Source: Actinomycetota bacterium
GTDB taxonomy: Bacteria; Actinomycetota; UBA4738; HRBIN12
NCBI GenBank assembly: GCA_005885325.1
Contig: VAYX01000015.1
Location: 1-53,151 of the forward strand
DNA: 53,151 bases
Reading direction: 5' to 3'
Part shown: positions 1-7,724 of the stretch, one piece after another
Position numbering within the stretch: position 1 is the first letter of the stretch
Layout: each line of letters starts with the position of its first letter
Notes under the pieces: model-generated
The model's database searches: none
Told to the model about the DNA's origin: nothing
What the model saw: only the letters and a program-made list of their open reading frames with translations
Made by a program: the position numbers and the translations under genes

Positions 1-2
1 TC

Positions 3-302
3 GGCGGGGGGCAGATCACAGTGCGGCTCCACCAGAATGAAGCCGACCGCAAGCGCAAGTTCAACCGGACCGAGAACGTGCGCACAATCTCGCCCGCGGA
101 TCCCGACTCCCCGCGCCTCTATGGCCGCCGGAACGATTCCGAGTCACTCAACCGCGCTCTCGAGGACACCCTGTTCCTCGGTCGCGCTCACAGCCTCGGA
201 TGGCGCCGTCAGCAAGTCGAGATGCTCGGCTGGGCGCTGATGGTGAACGCCATGACGATGGCCCGCCACAGAGCCGCTGAGGACCTCGAAGCGGCCGCCT
301 GA
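3..302 (+). CDS. 3' end of an ORF entering from the left edge; possible DDE transposase C-terminus (fragment in this window)
   Basis: No in-frame stop between nt 3 and the track ORF 21..302, so the ORF is open at the left edge. It contains Y-G-R-R-N-D-S-E (Y-x2-R-x3-E), reminiscent of the C-terminal YREK-type signature of IS4/IS701-like transposases. This is motif memory only. Confidence 0.35.
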   Translation, partial: GGGQITVRLHQNEADRKRKFNRTENVRTISPADPDSPRLYGRRNDSESLNRALEDTLFLGRAHSLGWRRQQVEMLGWALMVNAMTMARHRAAEDLEAAA

Positions 303-467
303 CTCGCGCAACCCCCGGCACACACCCCGGCGAGGACCCGGGCTGCCCCGAAGGCACCCCTCGGGCCAAGATGGCGTTACCAAGCCCGGACCCACCTCCA
401 CTCGCTACACTCGAACGCGCTGGTGAAGACCTCGGCGGCGATTTCTGCCAGGTTTTCTACCGGCCCG

Positions 468-540
468 GGCCAGGTAGCTCAGTTGGCAGAGCACGCGGCT
501 GAAAACCGCGGTGTCGGCAGTTCGATTCTGCCCCTGGCCA
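468..540 (+). tRNA. tRNA-Phe (anticodon GAA)
   Basis: 73-nt cloverleaf. Acceptor GGCCAGG/CCTGGCC; D arm GCTC-AGTTGGCA-GAGC; anticodon stem CGCGG/CCGCG with loop CTGAAAA; T arm GGCAG-TTCGATT-CTGCC; discriminator A. No encoded CCA. Confidence 0.95.
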
Positions 541-561
541 CGAGGGTCCCGGGCGAGGACC

Positions 562-1380
562 TCAGTTCAGGGTCTCGTGGCCGCGGACCTCGGCCCACCT
601 GCTGATGACCGACTGGTACAGCTCGGCCGAGCGCGGGAACTCCTCCGACGACAGCGCCTTCAGCGCGTCCTGGATGTCGCGGGCCGAATGGTCATCGTCC
701 AGCTCGTCCCAGGTCATGAGGTCGCACAGGCCACCGTAGTCGAGCTCGAGCAGCGACCGGCGGTCGAACGCCGCGAGCCACTCGTAGAGCTCCACGATCA
801 TGTCGGCCACGGGCCCCAGATCCGTCCGCCGGAGGCCGGGGATGGCCCGCTCGGCACGGCGTGCGGCCTTGCGCACCGTGGTCAGGTACCGGAGCCGATG
901 GCGGCTGCCCTGCTCCTCCAGTCGCCGCTCGCCGTCGCCGAACAGCACGAACCACCTGACGGGGACGTGCCAAGGGCTCTGCATGATGAACGAGACGGCC
1001 TTCGGATCCCGCCGGCGGATCCTGGCCAACTCCCTGGAGGCGCGGCGAGCCTCCCGGTCGCTCACGAACGCGTCGCTCCCCTCGAACTGCGCGCCCTCGC
1101 GGAAGGACAACAGGCTGGCCAGTACCCGGAGCCTGGTCCGCCAGGGACACACGTAGTAGGAGCCCTTGTCGATGCGGATGTCGGCGCCCCCGGATTCCGA
1201 GGCGGCGAGGACGCCGAGGCGCCGACCGCTCATCCACTGCCGGTAGTTGGGGCGCGGCCGGCGAAGCATCCCCCCGCCGACGATGTACCGCTCCCACCGG
1301 GCCTGTTCATCGGGAGGGAACGCCTCCAGGGGCTGGAACGCGCGGAGGTAGGCGCAAGGGACCACGTCGCCGAGCAGCAT
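562..1380 (-). CDS. conserved hypothetical protein (no recognisable catalytic motif)
   Basis: 272-aa ORF with balanced amino-acid composition (W, Y, F, K, D, E). The antisense ORF 511..1419 is Arg/Pro/Gly-rich junk. Start is uncertain: ATG 1380 or GTG 1365. Confidence 0.7.
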   Translation of the reverse strand: MLLGDVVPCAYLRAFQPLEAFPPDEQARWERYIVGGGMLRRPRPNYRQWMSGRRLGVLAASESGGADIRIDKGSYYVCPWRTRLRVLASLLSFREGAQFEGSDAFVSDREARRASRELARIRRRDPKAVSFIMQSPWHVPVRWFVLFGDGERRLEEQGSRHRLRYLTTVRKAARRAERAIPGLRRTDLGPVADMIVELYEWLAAFDRRSLLELDYGGLCDLMTWDELDDDHSARDIQDALKALSSEEFPRSAELYQSVISRWAEVRGHETLN

Positions 1381-1382
1381 AT

Positions 1383-2492
1383 ATGCTCTCGCACACCCGC
1401 CGCCGTCCGAGGTCGGTGACCATGGTCATACACGAAGACCCGTACGACGTCGCCCCGGTGCGGCTGGTCGCACCCGACGGCACCGCGGTCGGTGACACCG
1501 ACGTGGGTCTGAAGCCCGACGAGCTCCGGGACCTGCTCCGGCTGATGATCCTGTCCCGCCGCCTCGACCGCGAGTGCATGGCACTCCAGCGACAGGGCGA
1601 GCTCACCGTGTACCCGCCGTTCGAGGGCCAGGAGGCGGCTCAGGTGGGAAGCGCCTTCGCCCTGGAGCCCGACGACTTCGTGTTCCCGTCGTTCCGCGAG
1701 CTCGCGGCTGCCATCGTCCGCGGCGTCGACGTCGTCGAGTACCTGCAGTATCACCGGGGGACCTGGCACGGCGGGCCGTACGACCCGATCGCCAGCCGGT
1801 TCGCGCCGATCTGTGTCCCGGTCGCCACCCAGATCGTGCACGCCGTGGGATGGGCCATGGGCGCGAAGCTCGACCGGCTGCCGGTGTGCTCCCTCGCGTA
1901 CTTCGGCGACGGTGCGACGTCGGAAGGCGACTTCCACGAGGCGGCCAACATGGCTGCGGTGTTCGGGGCGCCGGCCATCCTGTTCTGCCAGAACAACGGG
2001 TGGGCCATCTCGGTCCCGCTCCGAGAGCAGGCGGCCGGTCCGATCCACACGCGCGCCGAGGGGTACGGCATGCCCGGCGTGCTCGTCGACGGCAACGACG
2101 TCCTGGCGGTGTACTCGGTGACGAGGGCGGCGGCCGAACGGGCCCGGGCCGGTGAGGGGCCCACGCTGATCGAGGCCCTGACGTATCGGATGGGACCGCA
2201 CTCGACCGCCGACGACGCGACGAAGTACCGAAGCGCCGACGAGGTCAAGCGGTGGCGGGAGCGCGACCCCATCGACCGGTACCTGAAGCACCTGCTGGCC
2301 TCGGGGGCCGCCGACGAGTCGTTCGTGGCCGACTGCGAGGACGAGGCCAAGGAGTGGGTGGCCGACGTCCGTGCCGGGATCACCTCGCTCGGGCCGCCCC
2401 CCGTCGACGAGCTGTTCGGGTTCGCCTACGTCGAGCCGCCCGAGAGCCTGGAGCGCGACCGTCGATCGTCGACCGAGGCGCCGGATGGCTGA
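1383..2492 (+). CDS. 2-oxoacid (pyruvate/branched-chain 2-oxoacid) dehydrogenase E1 alpha subunit, TPP-dependent
   Basis: Motifs GDGATSEGDFHEAANMAAVF, CQNNGWAIS and YRMGPHSTADD. An alternative start, ATG 1422, is preceded by GAGG and is more plausible than 1383, which lies 2 nt from the divergent gene. Confidence 0.9.
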   Translation: MLSHTRRRPRSVTMVIHEDPYDVAPVRLVAPDGTAVGDTDVGLKPDELRDLLRLMILSRRLDRECMALQRQGELTVYPPFEGQEAAQVGSAFALEPDDFVFPSFRELAAAIVRGVDVVEYLQYHRGTWHGGPYDPIASRFAPICVPVATQIVHAVGWAMGAKLDRLPVCSLAYFGDGATSEGDFHEAANMAAVFGAPAILFCQNNGWAISVPLREQAAGPIHTRAEGYGMPGVLVDGNDVLAVYSVTRAAAERARAGEGPTLIEALTYRMGPHSTADDATKYRSADEVKRWRERDPIDRYLKHLLASGAADESFVADCEDEAKEWVADVRAGITSLGPPPVDELFGFAYVEPPESLERDRRSSTEAPDG

Positions 2493-3459
2493 GTACACGA
2501 TGGTCGCCGCGCTGAACGCCGCGCTCCGCGATGCCATGGCGAAGGACCCCCGGACGCTCGTGTTCGGCGAGGACGTCGGTGAGCTCGGCGGCGTGTACCG
2601 GGTCACCGAGGGCCTCCAGCGCGAGTTCGGCTCGGAACGCGTGTTCAACACGCCGATCGCGGAGGCCGGGATCGCCGGGATCTGCGTGGGCCTCTCCCTG
2701 GCGGGCTGGCGCCCCGTCGCCGAGATGCAGTTCGACGGGTTCTCCTATCCCGCGCTCGACCAGATCGTCAGCCACATCGCCAAGTATCGGAACCGCACGC
2801 GTGGCCGGACCTCGATGCCGATCGTCATCCGGATCCCGTCGTTCGGCGGGATCCGGGGCAAGGAGCACCACGGCGAGAGCCCCGAGACGTATTACGCGCA
2901 CACGGCCGGACTGAAGGTCGTGGTCCCGTCCGGCGCGCTCGACGCCTACCGGCTCCTCTCGCTCGCCATCGCCGACCCCGACCCAGTGATCTTCCTGGAG
3001 CCCAAGAGCCGGTACTGGGCCAAGGAGCAGGGCGAGCTCGCGGTCGACGGCCCCCGGATGGGCCGGGCGTGGGTTCGGCGGGAAGGCGAGGCGTGCACGC
3101 TCGTCACGTACGGGGCCATGGTCACGCGGTGCCTGGAGGCCGCCGAGGTCCTGGCCCGTGAGCGCGTCTCCTGCCGGGTGCTCGACCTCCGGTCGCTCGT
3201 CCCCCTCGACCTGGACACGCTCGCCGAGTCCGTGCGGAAGACCGGCAGGGTCGTCGTGGTGCACGAGGCGCCTCGCACCCTGGGGATGGGCGCCGAGATC
3301 GCCGCCCGGATCATGGAGGAGGCGTTCGATTACCTGGAGGCGCCGGTCCTTCGGGTGACCGGCTACGACGTCCCGTATCCACCGGCGGCCCTCGAGCAGC
3401 GATACCTGCCGAGCGTCGAGCGGATTACCTCCGCCGTGCGCAGGGTGGTGAGCTACTGA
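2485..3459 (+). CDS. 2-oxoacid dehydrogenase E1 beta subunit
   Basis: MAEYTMVAALNAAL..FGEDVG..GGVYRVT..NTPIAEAGI is typical of E1 beta. The ATG overlaps the E1 alpha stop. The track ORF 2371..3459 carries an N-terminal extension that I do not accept. Confidence 0.9.
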   Translation: MAEYTMVAALNAALRDAMAKDPRTLVFGEDVGELGGVYRVTEGLQREFGSERVFNTPIAEAGIAGICVGLSLAGWRPVAEMQFDGFSYPALDQIVSHIAKYRNRTRGRTSMPIVIRIPSFGGIRGKEHHGESPETYYAHTAGLKVVVPSGALDAYRLLSLAIADPDPVIFLEPKSRYWAKEQGELAVDGPRMGRAWVRREGEACTLVTYGAMVTRCLEAAEVLARERVSCRVLDLRSLVPLDLDTLAESVRKTGRVVVVHEAPRTLGMGAEIAARIMEEAFDYLEAPVLRVTGYDVPYPPAALEQRYLPSVERITSAVRRVVSY

Positions 3460-4634
3460 TGGCAGAGCGAGTCTTCGCGCTGCCGGACCTGGGCGAGGGC
3501 TTGGAGGAGGCCACGGTCAACGCCTGGTTGGTGAAGGAAGGCGACCCGGTCTCGCTGAACCAGCCGATCGTGGAGGTGGAGACTGCCAAGGCGACCGTGG
3601 AGATCCCGTCGCCGTTCGCGGGGACGATCGCCCGGCTGCATGCGCCTGCGGGAGAGACGGTCAGGGTGGGAGCGCCGCTGGTCACCTTCGTCGTCCAGGA
3701 CGACGACGCGGCGGTGGAGGAGGAAGCCGGCCCGGCCACGGTCGCTGCCACCCCCGCCGTCCGCCACCGGGCCAGGGAGCTCGGGGTGGAGCTGGCCGGG
3801 ATCGCGGGGTCCGGTCCGGATGGACGGATCACCCACGAGGACGTGGAGCGGGCCACCCGGTCGGGCCCGGCGAAAGCCGAAGAAGCGCAAGCACCACCCG
3901 AAGAACGGCCAGAGGAGCGTGCCGGAGCCCGGGCGCTGTGGACGGTCATGATGCCCACGGACGCCGACGTCAGGCCCATCTCGACGATCCGGCGAACGAT
4001 CGCCGAGAACCTCACGCGGGTCGTACGGGAGGTGCCACAGGTCACCACGTTTCGGACGCTCGACTCCACGGAGCTCGAGGCGTTCCGAAGGGAGGTCGGG
4101 CTGTCGCCGCTCCCGATCGCCGTCCGGGCCCTGGCCGACGTGTGCAGGGATCATCGAAGCCTCAATGCGTCGTACATGGCCGAGCAGGGCGAGATCTGGC
4201 TGCACCGGCGGGTCCACGTCGGCATCGCGACCGACACCGAACGAGGGCTCCTCGTCCCCGTGGTTCGAGACGTCGGGGACCGCCCGCTCGGCGATATCGC
4301 GGCCGAGATCGAGCGGCTGGCTTCGGCCGCGCGCAACGGCTCCATCCGGATCGAGGAGATGACCGGCGGGACGATCACCGTGACGAACACCGGGAGCTAC
4401 GGCTCGGAGTTCGGCACGCCCATCATCAACCGGGCCCAGGCGGCCATCCTCGGCCTGGGCGCCATCGCCCCCCGGGCGCTGGTCGTCGACGGCCAGGTGG
4501 TGGCTCGGCCGGCGTGCACCCTCTCGCTCACCTTCGATCATCGGCTGCTGGACGGCGCGACCGCGGGCCGGGCCTTCGGCGACCTCGTCGCGACCCTGTC
4601 GTCCCGGGAACGGCTCGAGGCACTTCCCCGATGA
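3459..4634 (+). CDS. dihydrolipoamide acyltransferase E2 (one lipoyl domain, E3-binding domain, catalytic domain)
   Basis: Lipoyl-lysine context VETAKATVEIPSP, peripheral subunit-binding PAVRHRARELGVEL..GSGPDGRITHEDV, and catalytic DHRLLDGA. The ATG overlaps the E1 beta stop (TGATG). Confidence 0.92.
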   Translation: MAERVFALPDLGEGLEEATVNAWLVKEGDPVSLNQPIVEVETAKATVEIPSPFAGTIARLHAPAGETVRVGAPLVTFVVQDDDAAVEEEAGPATVAATPAVRHRARELGVELAGIAGSGPDGRITHEDVERATRSGPAKAEEAQAPPEERPEERAGARALWTVMMPTDADVRPISTIRRTIAENLTRVVREVPQVTTFRTLDSTELEAFRREVGLSPLPIAVRALADVCRDHRSLNASYMAEQGEIWLHRRVHVGIATDTERGLLVPVVRDVGDRPLGDIAAEIERLASAARNGSIRIEEMTGGTITVTNTGSYGSEFGTPIINRAQAAILGLGAIAPRALVVDGQVVARPACTLSLTFDHRLLDGATAGRAFGDLVATLSSRERLEALPR

Positions 4635-5548
4635 GGATCGTGTCGCTCCTGCCCTCCGCCACCGAGATCGTGTACGCGCTGGGCCTGGGCGACGACCTGG
4701 TCGGGGTGACGTACGAGTGCGACTACCCGTCGGAGGCTACGTCGAAGCCGGTGGTGGTGAAGAGCGCACTTCCCCAGGGACGGCCGCTCTCCTCTCGCGA
4801 GATCGACGACGCCGTTCGAGACCGGATGGACCGCAAGGAGCCGATCTACGTCCTGGAGAAGGAGCTGATCCATCAGCTCGAGCCCGACGTGATCCTCACG
4901 CAGGACCTGTGCCGGGTGTGCGCGGTGCCGAGCGGACAGGTGCAGGAGGCGCTCGAGGAGATCGGGGTTCGCGATGCGAAAGTCCTCTCGCTCGATCCCC
5001 ACACCTTCGACGAGGTGCTGGAAGGCATCCGGGCGGTGGGCGCGGTGCTGGGGAGGGCGGAGCGCGCCGACGAGATCGTCGGCGCGCTCCGCGCCCGGGT
5101 CGAGGCCGTCAGGGCCAAGGCCCTTCGCCTCCCCTCGATCCGGGTCCTGTGCCAAGAGTGGCTCGATCCGCCGTTCGCCGCGGGCCACTGGGTCCCCGAC
5201 ATGGTGGAGATGGTCGGCGGGGTGAACCTGCTGACCGGCAAGGAGCAGCCGTCGCGGGTCGTGACCTGGCGCGAGATCCGGGACGCCAACCCCGAGGTCG
5301 TCGTGTTCATGCCGTGCGGGTACTACCTGGAGGAGGCGGAGGAGGAGGCCGCGCAGCTATATCGCAACGCCGAGTTCGTCGAGACTCCGGCGGCGCGAGA
5401 GGGAACGGTGTTCGCCGTCGACGCGACCTCGTTCTTCTCCCGCCCGGGGCCGCGGATCGTCGACGGCCTGGAGATCCTGGCATGGGCCGTGCATCCGCAG
5501 GCCTTCCCCGAGCCGCCGGAGGGGTCCATCACCCGAGTCGAGCGATAG
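4631..5548 (+). CDS. BtuF/TroA-like periplasmic-binding-protein-fold protein without signal peptide (cobalamin/siderophore-binding family)
   Basis: The N-terminus MRIVSLLPSATEIVYALGLGDDLVGVT.. begins directly with the first beta-strand of the fold. There is no hydrophobic leader or lipobox. ATGA overlap with the E2 stop. The track ORF 3938..5548 is an off-target extension. Confidence 0.75.
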   Translation: MRIVSLLPSATEIVYALGLGDDLVGVTYECDYPSEATSKPVVVKSALPQGRPLSSREIDDAVRDRMDRKEPIYVLEKELIHQLEPDVILTQDLCRVCAVPSGQVQEALEEIGVRDAKVLSLDPHTFDEVLEGIRAVGAVLGRAERADEIVGALRARVEAVRAKALRLPSIRVLCQEWLDPPFAAGHWVPDMVEMVGGVNLLTGKEQPSRVVTWREIRDANPEVVVFMPCGYYLEEAEEEAAQLYRNAEFVETPAAREGTVFAVDATSFFSRPGPRIVDGLEILAWAVHPQAFPEPPEGSITRVER

Positions 5549-5572
5549 CCGACGTCCGGTATCCTCCCGCCG

Positions 5573-5782
5573 ATGAAGGGCCCGAACCTGGTGTCACCGG
5601 ACGACATCGGCGCGCGCGTCTCGTTCCAGTTCGAGCTCCCCAACGGCTACGTCGGCGAGGCCGTGGGGACCCTCGAGGCCTACGATGAGGCGGCCGAGAC
5701 GTACCTGGTCCGTACGAAGGACGGCGAGCTGGCCCGAGTCCCGAGGCGCGGCGTGCGCTTCGGGAAGGTCGTCTCCCGCTAG
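5573..5782 (+). CDS. small conserved hypothetical protein (69 aa, SH3-like beta-rich)
   Basis: Compact ORF with natural amino-acid composition, lying 25 nt after the previous gene. No motif recognised with certainty. Confidence 0.5.
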   Translation: MKGPNLVSPDDIGARVSFQFELPNGYVGEAVGTLEAYDEAAETYLVRTKDGELARVPRRGVRFGKVVSR

Positions 5783-5803
5783 GACCGGCGGAGGTCACAG
5801 CTG

Positions 5804-6205
5804 ATGGCCGACGAGCTTCCCACCGCGTTCATCCGGCGTCGCCTGGGCAGCGAGGACGCGCACTACGGCGGCAACCTGGTGGCCGGGGCCAAGCAGCTCG
5901 AGGTGATCGGCGACCTCATCACCGAGCTTGCCATGCGGTACGACGGAGACGAGGGCCTGTTCCGAGCGTACGAGTCGGTCGAGTTCCTCCATCCGCTCTA
6001 CGCCGGTGACTGGATCGAGGCGAAAGGCCGGATCGTGTCGGTGGGGAGCTCGTCGCGGCGGTGCGAGTTCGAAGTATGGAAGATCGGTGGGCCCCGCTCG
6101 GAGGTGTCCGAGTCCGCGGCGGAGTTCCTGGAGGAACCCGTCCTCACGTGCCGGGCGATCGGAACGACGGTCGTGCCGAAGGACCACCAGCGCTTCGCGC
6201 ACTGA
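5804..6205 (+). CDS. hotdog-fold protein (thioesterase / 3-aminobutyryl-CoA ammonia-lyase-like)
   Basis: 133 aa. The AHYGGNLVAGAKQLEVIGDL..FLHPLYAGDWIEAKGRIV pattern resembles small hotdog-fold proteins. Confidence 0.6.
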   Translation: MADELPTAFIRRRLGSEDAHYGGNLVAGAKQLEVIGDLITELAMRYDGDEGLFRAYESVEFLHPLYAGDWIEAKGRIVSVGSSSRRCEFEVWKIGGPRSEVSESAAEFLEEPVLTCRAIGTTVVPKDHQRFAH

Positions 6206-6216
6206 GCCGGACGGAC

Positions 6217-6600
6217 CTAGCTGGCCTTCTCCAGGCGGTGCAGGACCCCCAGCAGGTCGTCCACGTTGAACGGCTTGGACACGAACGCGTCGGCGCCGAG
6301 CTCGGCGGCCTTGGCCCGGTCGCGGAGGCTGGCCCGGGCCGAGACCACGACGACGCGGGGGCGCTCGCCCTCGGGAAGCTCCCGGATCTCCTGGAGCACG
6401 CTCCATCCGTCCATCACGGGCATCATGATGTCGAGCAGCATGAGCTGCGGGCGGTGCTCCCGGACCTCGGCGAGCGCCGCCCGACCGTCTCGCGCGGCGA
6501 ACGTCTGGAACCCGTCCGCCTCCAGGCTGAACTGGAGCATCCAGACGACCTGTGGTTCGTCGTCCACAACGAGCACGCTGGTCTGCGGGGGCGCGTCCAT
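6217..6600 (-). CDS. stand-alone response-regulator receiver domain (CheY-like)
   Basis: VLVVDDEP..LMLLDIMMPVMDG..VVVVSA..FVSKPF gives the acidic pocket, phospho-Asp, and T/S and K positions. There is no output domain. Confidence 0.9.
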   Translation of the reverse strand: MDAPPQTSVLVVDDEPQVVWMLQFSLEADGFQTFAARDGRAALAEVREHRPQLMLLDIMMPVMDGWSVLQEIRELPEGERPRVVVVSARASLRDRAKAAELGADAFVSKPFNVDDLLGVLHRLEKAS

Positions 6601-6710
6601 CCCGGCTTCGAGGGTACGGAGGGATACCTTTGGCCGGAATCGCCCGGGCTACCGTTTTTCAGGGTACCGGTCGAAGTAACCCCGGGACCGGTGGTCGTAG
6701 TCATTCCAGG

Positions 6711-7724
6711 CTAACGGAGCGAGAGCCCGGTTCCCCCGCCCACGCGCCCGACCACGAACGACTGGACGTTCGCATCGGCGGCCCGCTCGACCACCTCCTC
6801 CGCCTCGCTCGGCGGGACCACGAGGACCATCCCCACGCCCATGTTGAACGTGGCGAGCATGTCGTCCTCGGAGGCGTCCGCGGCCCTCTGAACCAGCTCG
6901 AAGATCGGGGGGACGGGCCAGCTGCCCAGCTCGACCTCGGCGCCCATGCCGTCGGGGAGGGCCCGCGGCACGTTCTCGGGCAGACCGCCGCCCGTCACGT
7001 GCGCGGCCGCGTGAACGCGGCCGGCGCGCGCGAGCGAAACGACCAGCGGTGCGTAGATAACGGTCGGCTCGAGCAGCTCGTCGGCGAGCGGGCGGGCGAA
7101 GCCCTCCGGCACGGCATCCAGGACGCGCGGATCCTCCGCGAGTAGGCTCGCGCGGACCAAGCTGTACCCGTTGGCATGCAGGCCGGTCGAGGCCAGGCCG
7201 ACGAGCGCATCGCCCTCGCGCACGCGGTGCGCCCCGATCAGGCCCTCCTCGTCGACGACTCCCACGCAGAATCCCGCCAGGTCGAGCTGGTCCTCGCCCA
7301 TCACCCCGGGATGCTCGGCCGTCTCGCCGCCGAGGAGCGCGCAGCCGGCGCGGCGGCAGCCCTCGGCGATCCCCTCGACGATCGTCGCCGCGTCCTCGGG
7401 CGCGACCTTTCCCATCGCCAGATAGTCCAGGAAGAACAGCGGCTCGGCCCCGGTGCACGCCACGTCGTCGGCGCACATCGCGACGAGGTCGATCCCGATC
7501 GTGGACAGTCGCCCCGCCATCCGGGACACGTCGAGCTTCGTTCCCACCCCGTCCGTCGCGGCGGCGAGATACCGCCCCTCCCCGGTCCGGAACAACCCGG
7601 CGAACCCGCCGATCCCCTCGACGACCTCGGGCCGCGTCGCGCCCCTCGCCAACTCTCGGATGAGCGAGACGGCCCTCGCAGCGGCGTCGAGGTCGACGCC
7701 AGCCTTCCGGTAGGCGCCGCTCAC
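6711..7724 (-). CDS. purM: phosphoribosylformylglycinamidine cyclo-ligase (AIR synthetase)
   Basis: YRKAGVDLD, GGFAGLF and DGVGTK motifs. GTG 7724 overlaps the purF stop (GTGA). The longer track ORF to 7982 overlaps purF and is rejected. Confidence 0.93.
   Translation of the reverse strand: MSGAYRKAGVDLDAAARAVSLIRELARGATRPEVVEGIGGFAGLFRTGEGRYLAAATDGVGTKLDVSRMAGRLSTIGIDLVAMCADDVACTGAEPLFFLDYLAMGKVAPEDAATIVEGIAEGCRRAGCALLGGETAEHPGVMGEDQLDLAGFCVGVVDEEGLIGAHRVREGDALVGLASTGLHANGYSLVRASLLAEDPRVLDAVPEGFARPLADELLEPTVIYAPLVVSLARAGRVHAAAHVTGGGLPENVPRALPDGMGAEVELGSWPVPPIFELVQRAADASEDDMLATFNMGVGMVLVVPPSEAEEVVERAADANVQSFVVGRVGGGTGLSLR

Noticed and set aside
1378-1385. Back-to-back divergent start codons forming the palindrome CATATATG (ATG 1380 on the minus strand, ATG 1383 on the plus strand).
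   Set aside because: This is most likely an artefact of taking the longest ORFs. The internal starts (GTG 1365 on the minus strand; ATG 1422 with GAGG on the plus strand) leave a small but more realistic divergent promoter region. Leaderless transcription cannot be excluded.
1230-2651. Long ORFs antisense or out of frame to recognised genes. Examples: 1230..2651, 3453..4541, 13076..14593, 15017..16501, 15210..16535, 16507..17778, 17998..19431, 24385..26955, 26969..29119, 30035..31585, 32642..34465, 37460..39511 and 47205..48467.
   Set aside because: Their translations are dominated by Arg/Pro/Gly/Ala/His with no recognisable motifs. This is typical of open non-coding frames in very GC-rich DNA. 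Each fully overlaps a gene with strong family signatures.
4560-4631. Possible cobalamin riboswitch ahead of the BtuF-like gene, and purine/ZTP riboswitches ahead of the pur genes.
   Set aside because: No non-coding space exists, because the genes overlap or abut. None of the conserved riboswitch core sequences I remember were noticed. A covariance-model scan would be needed for certainty.
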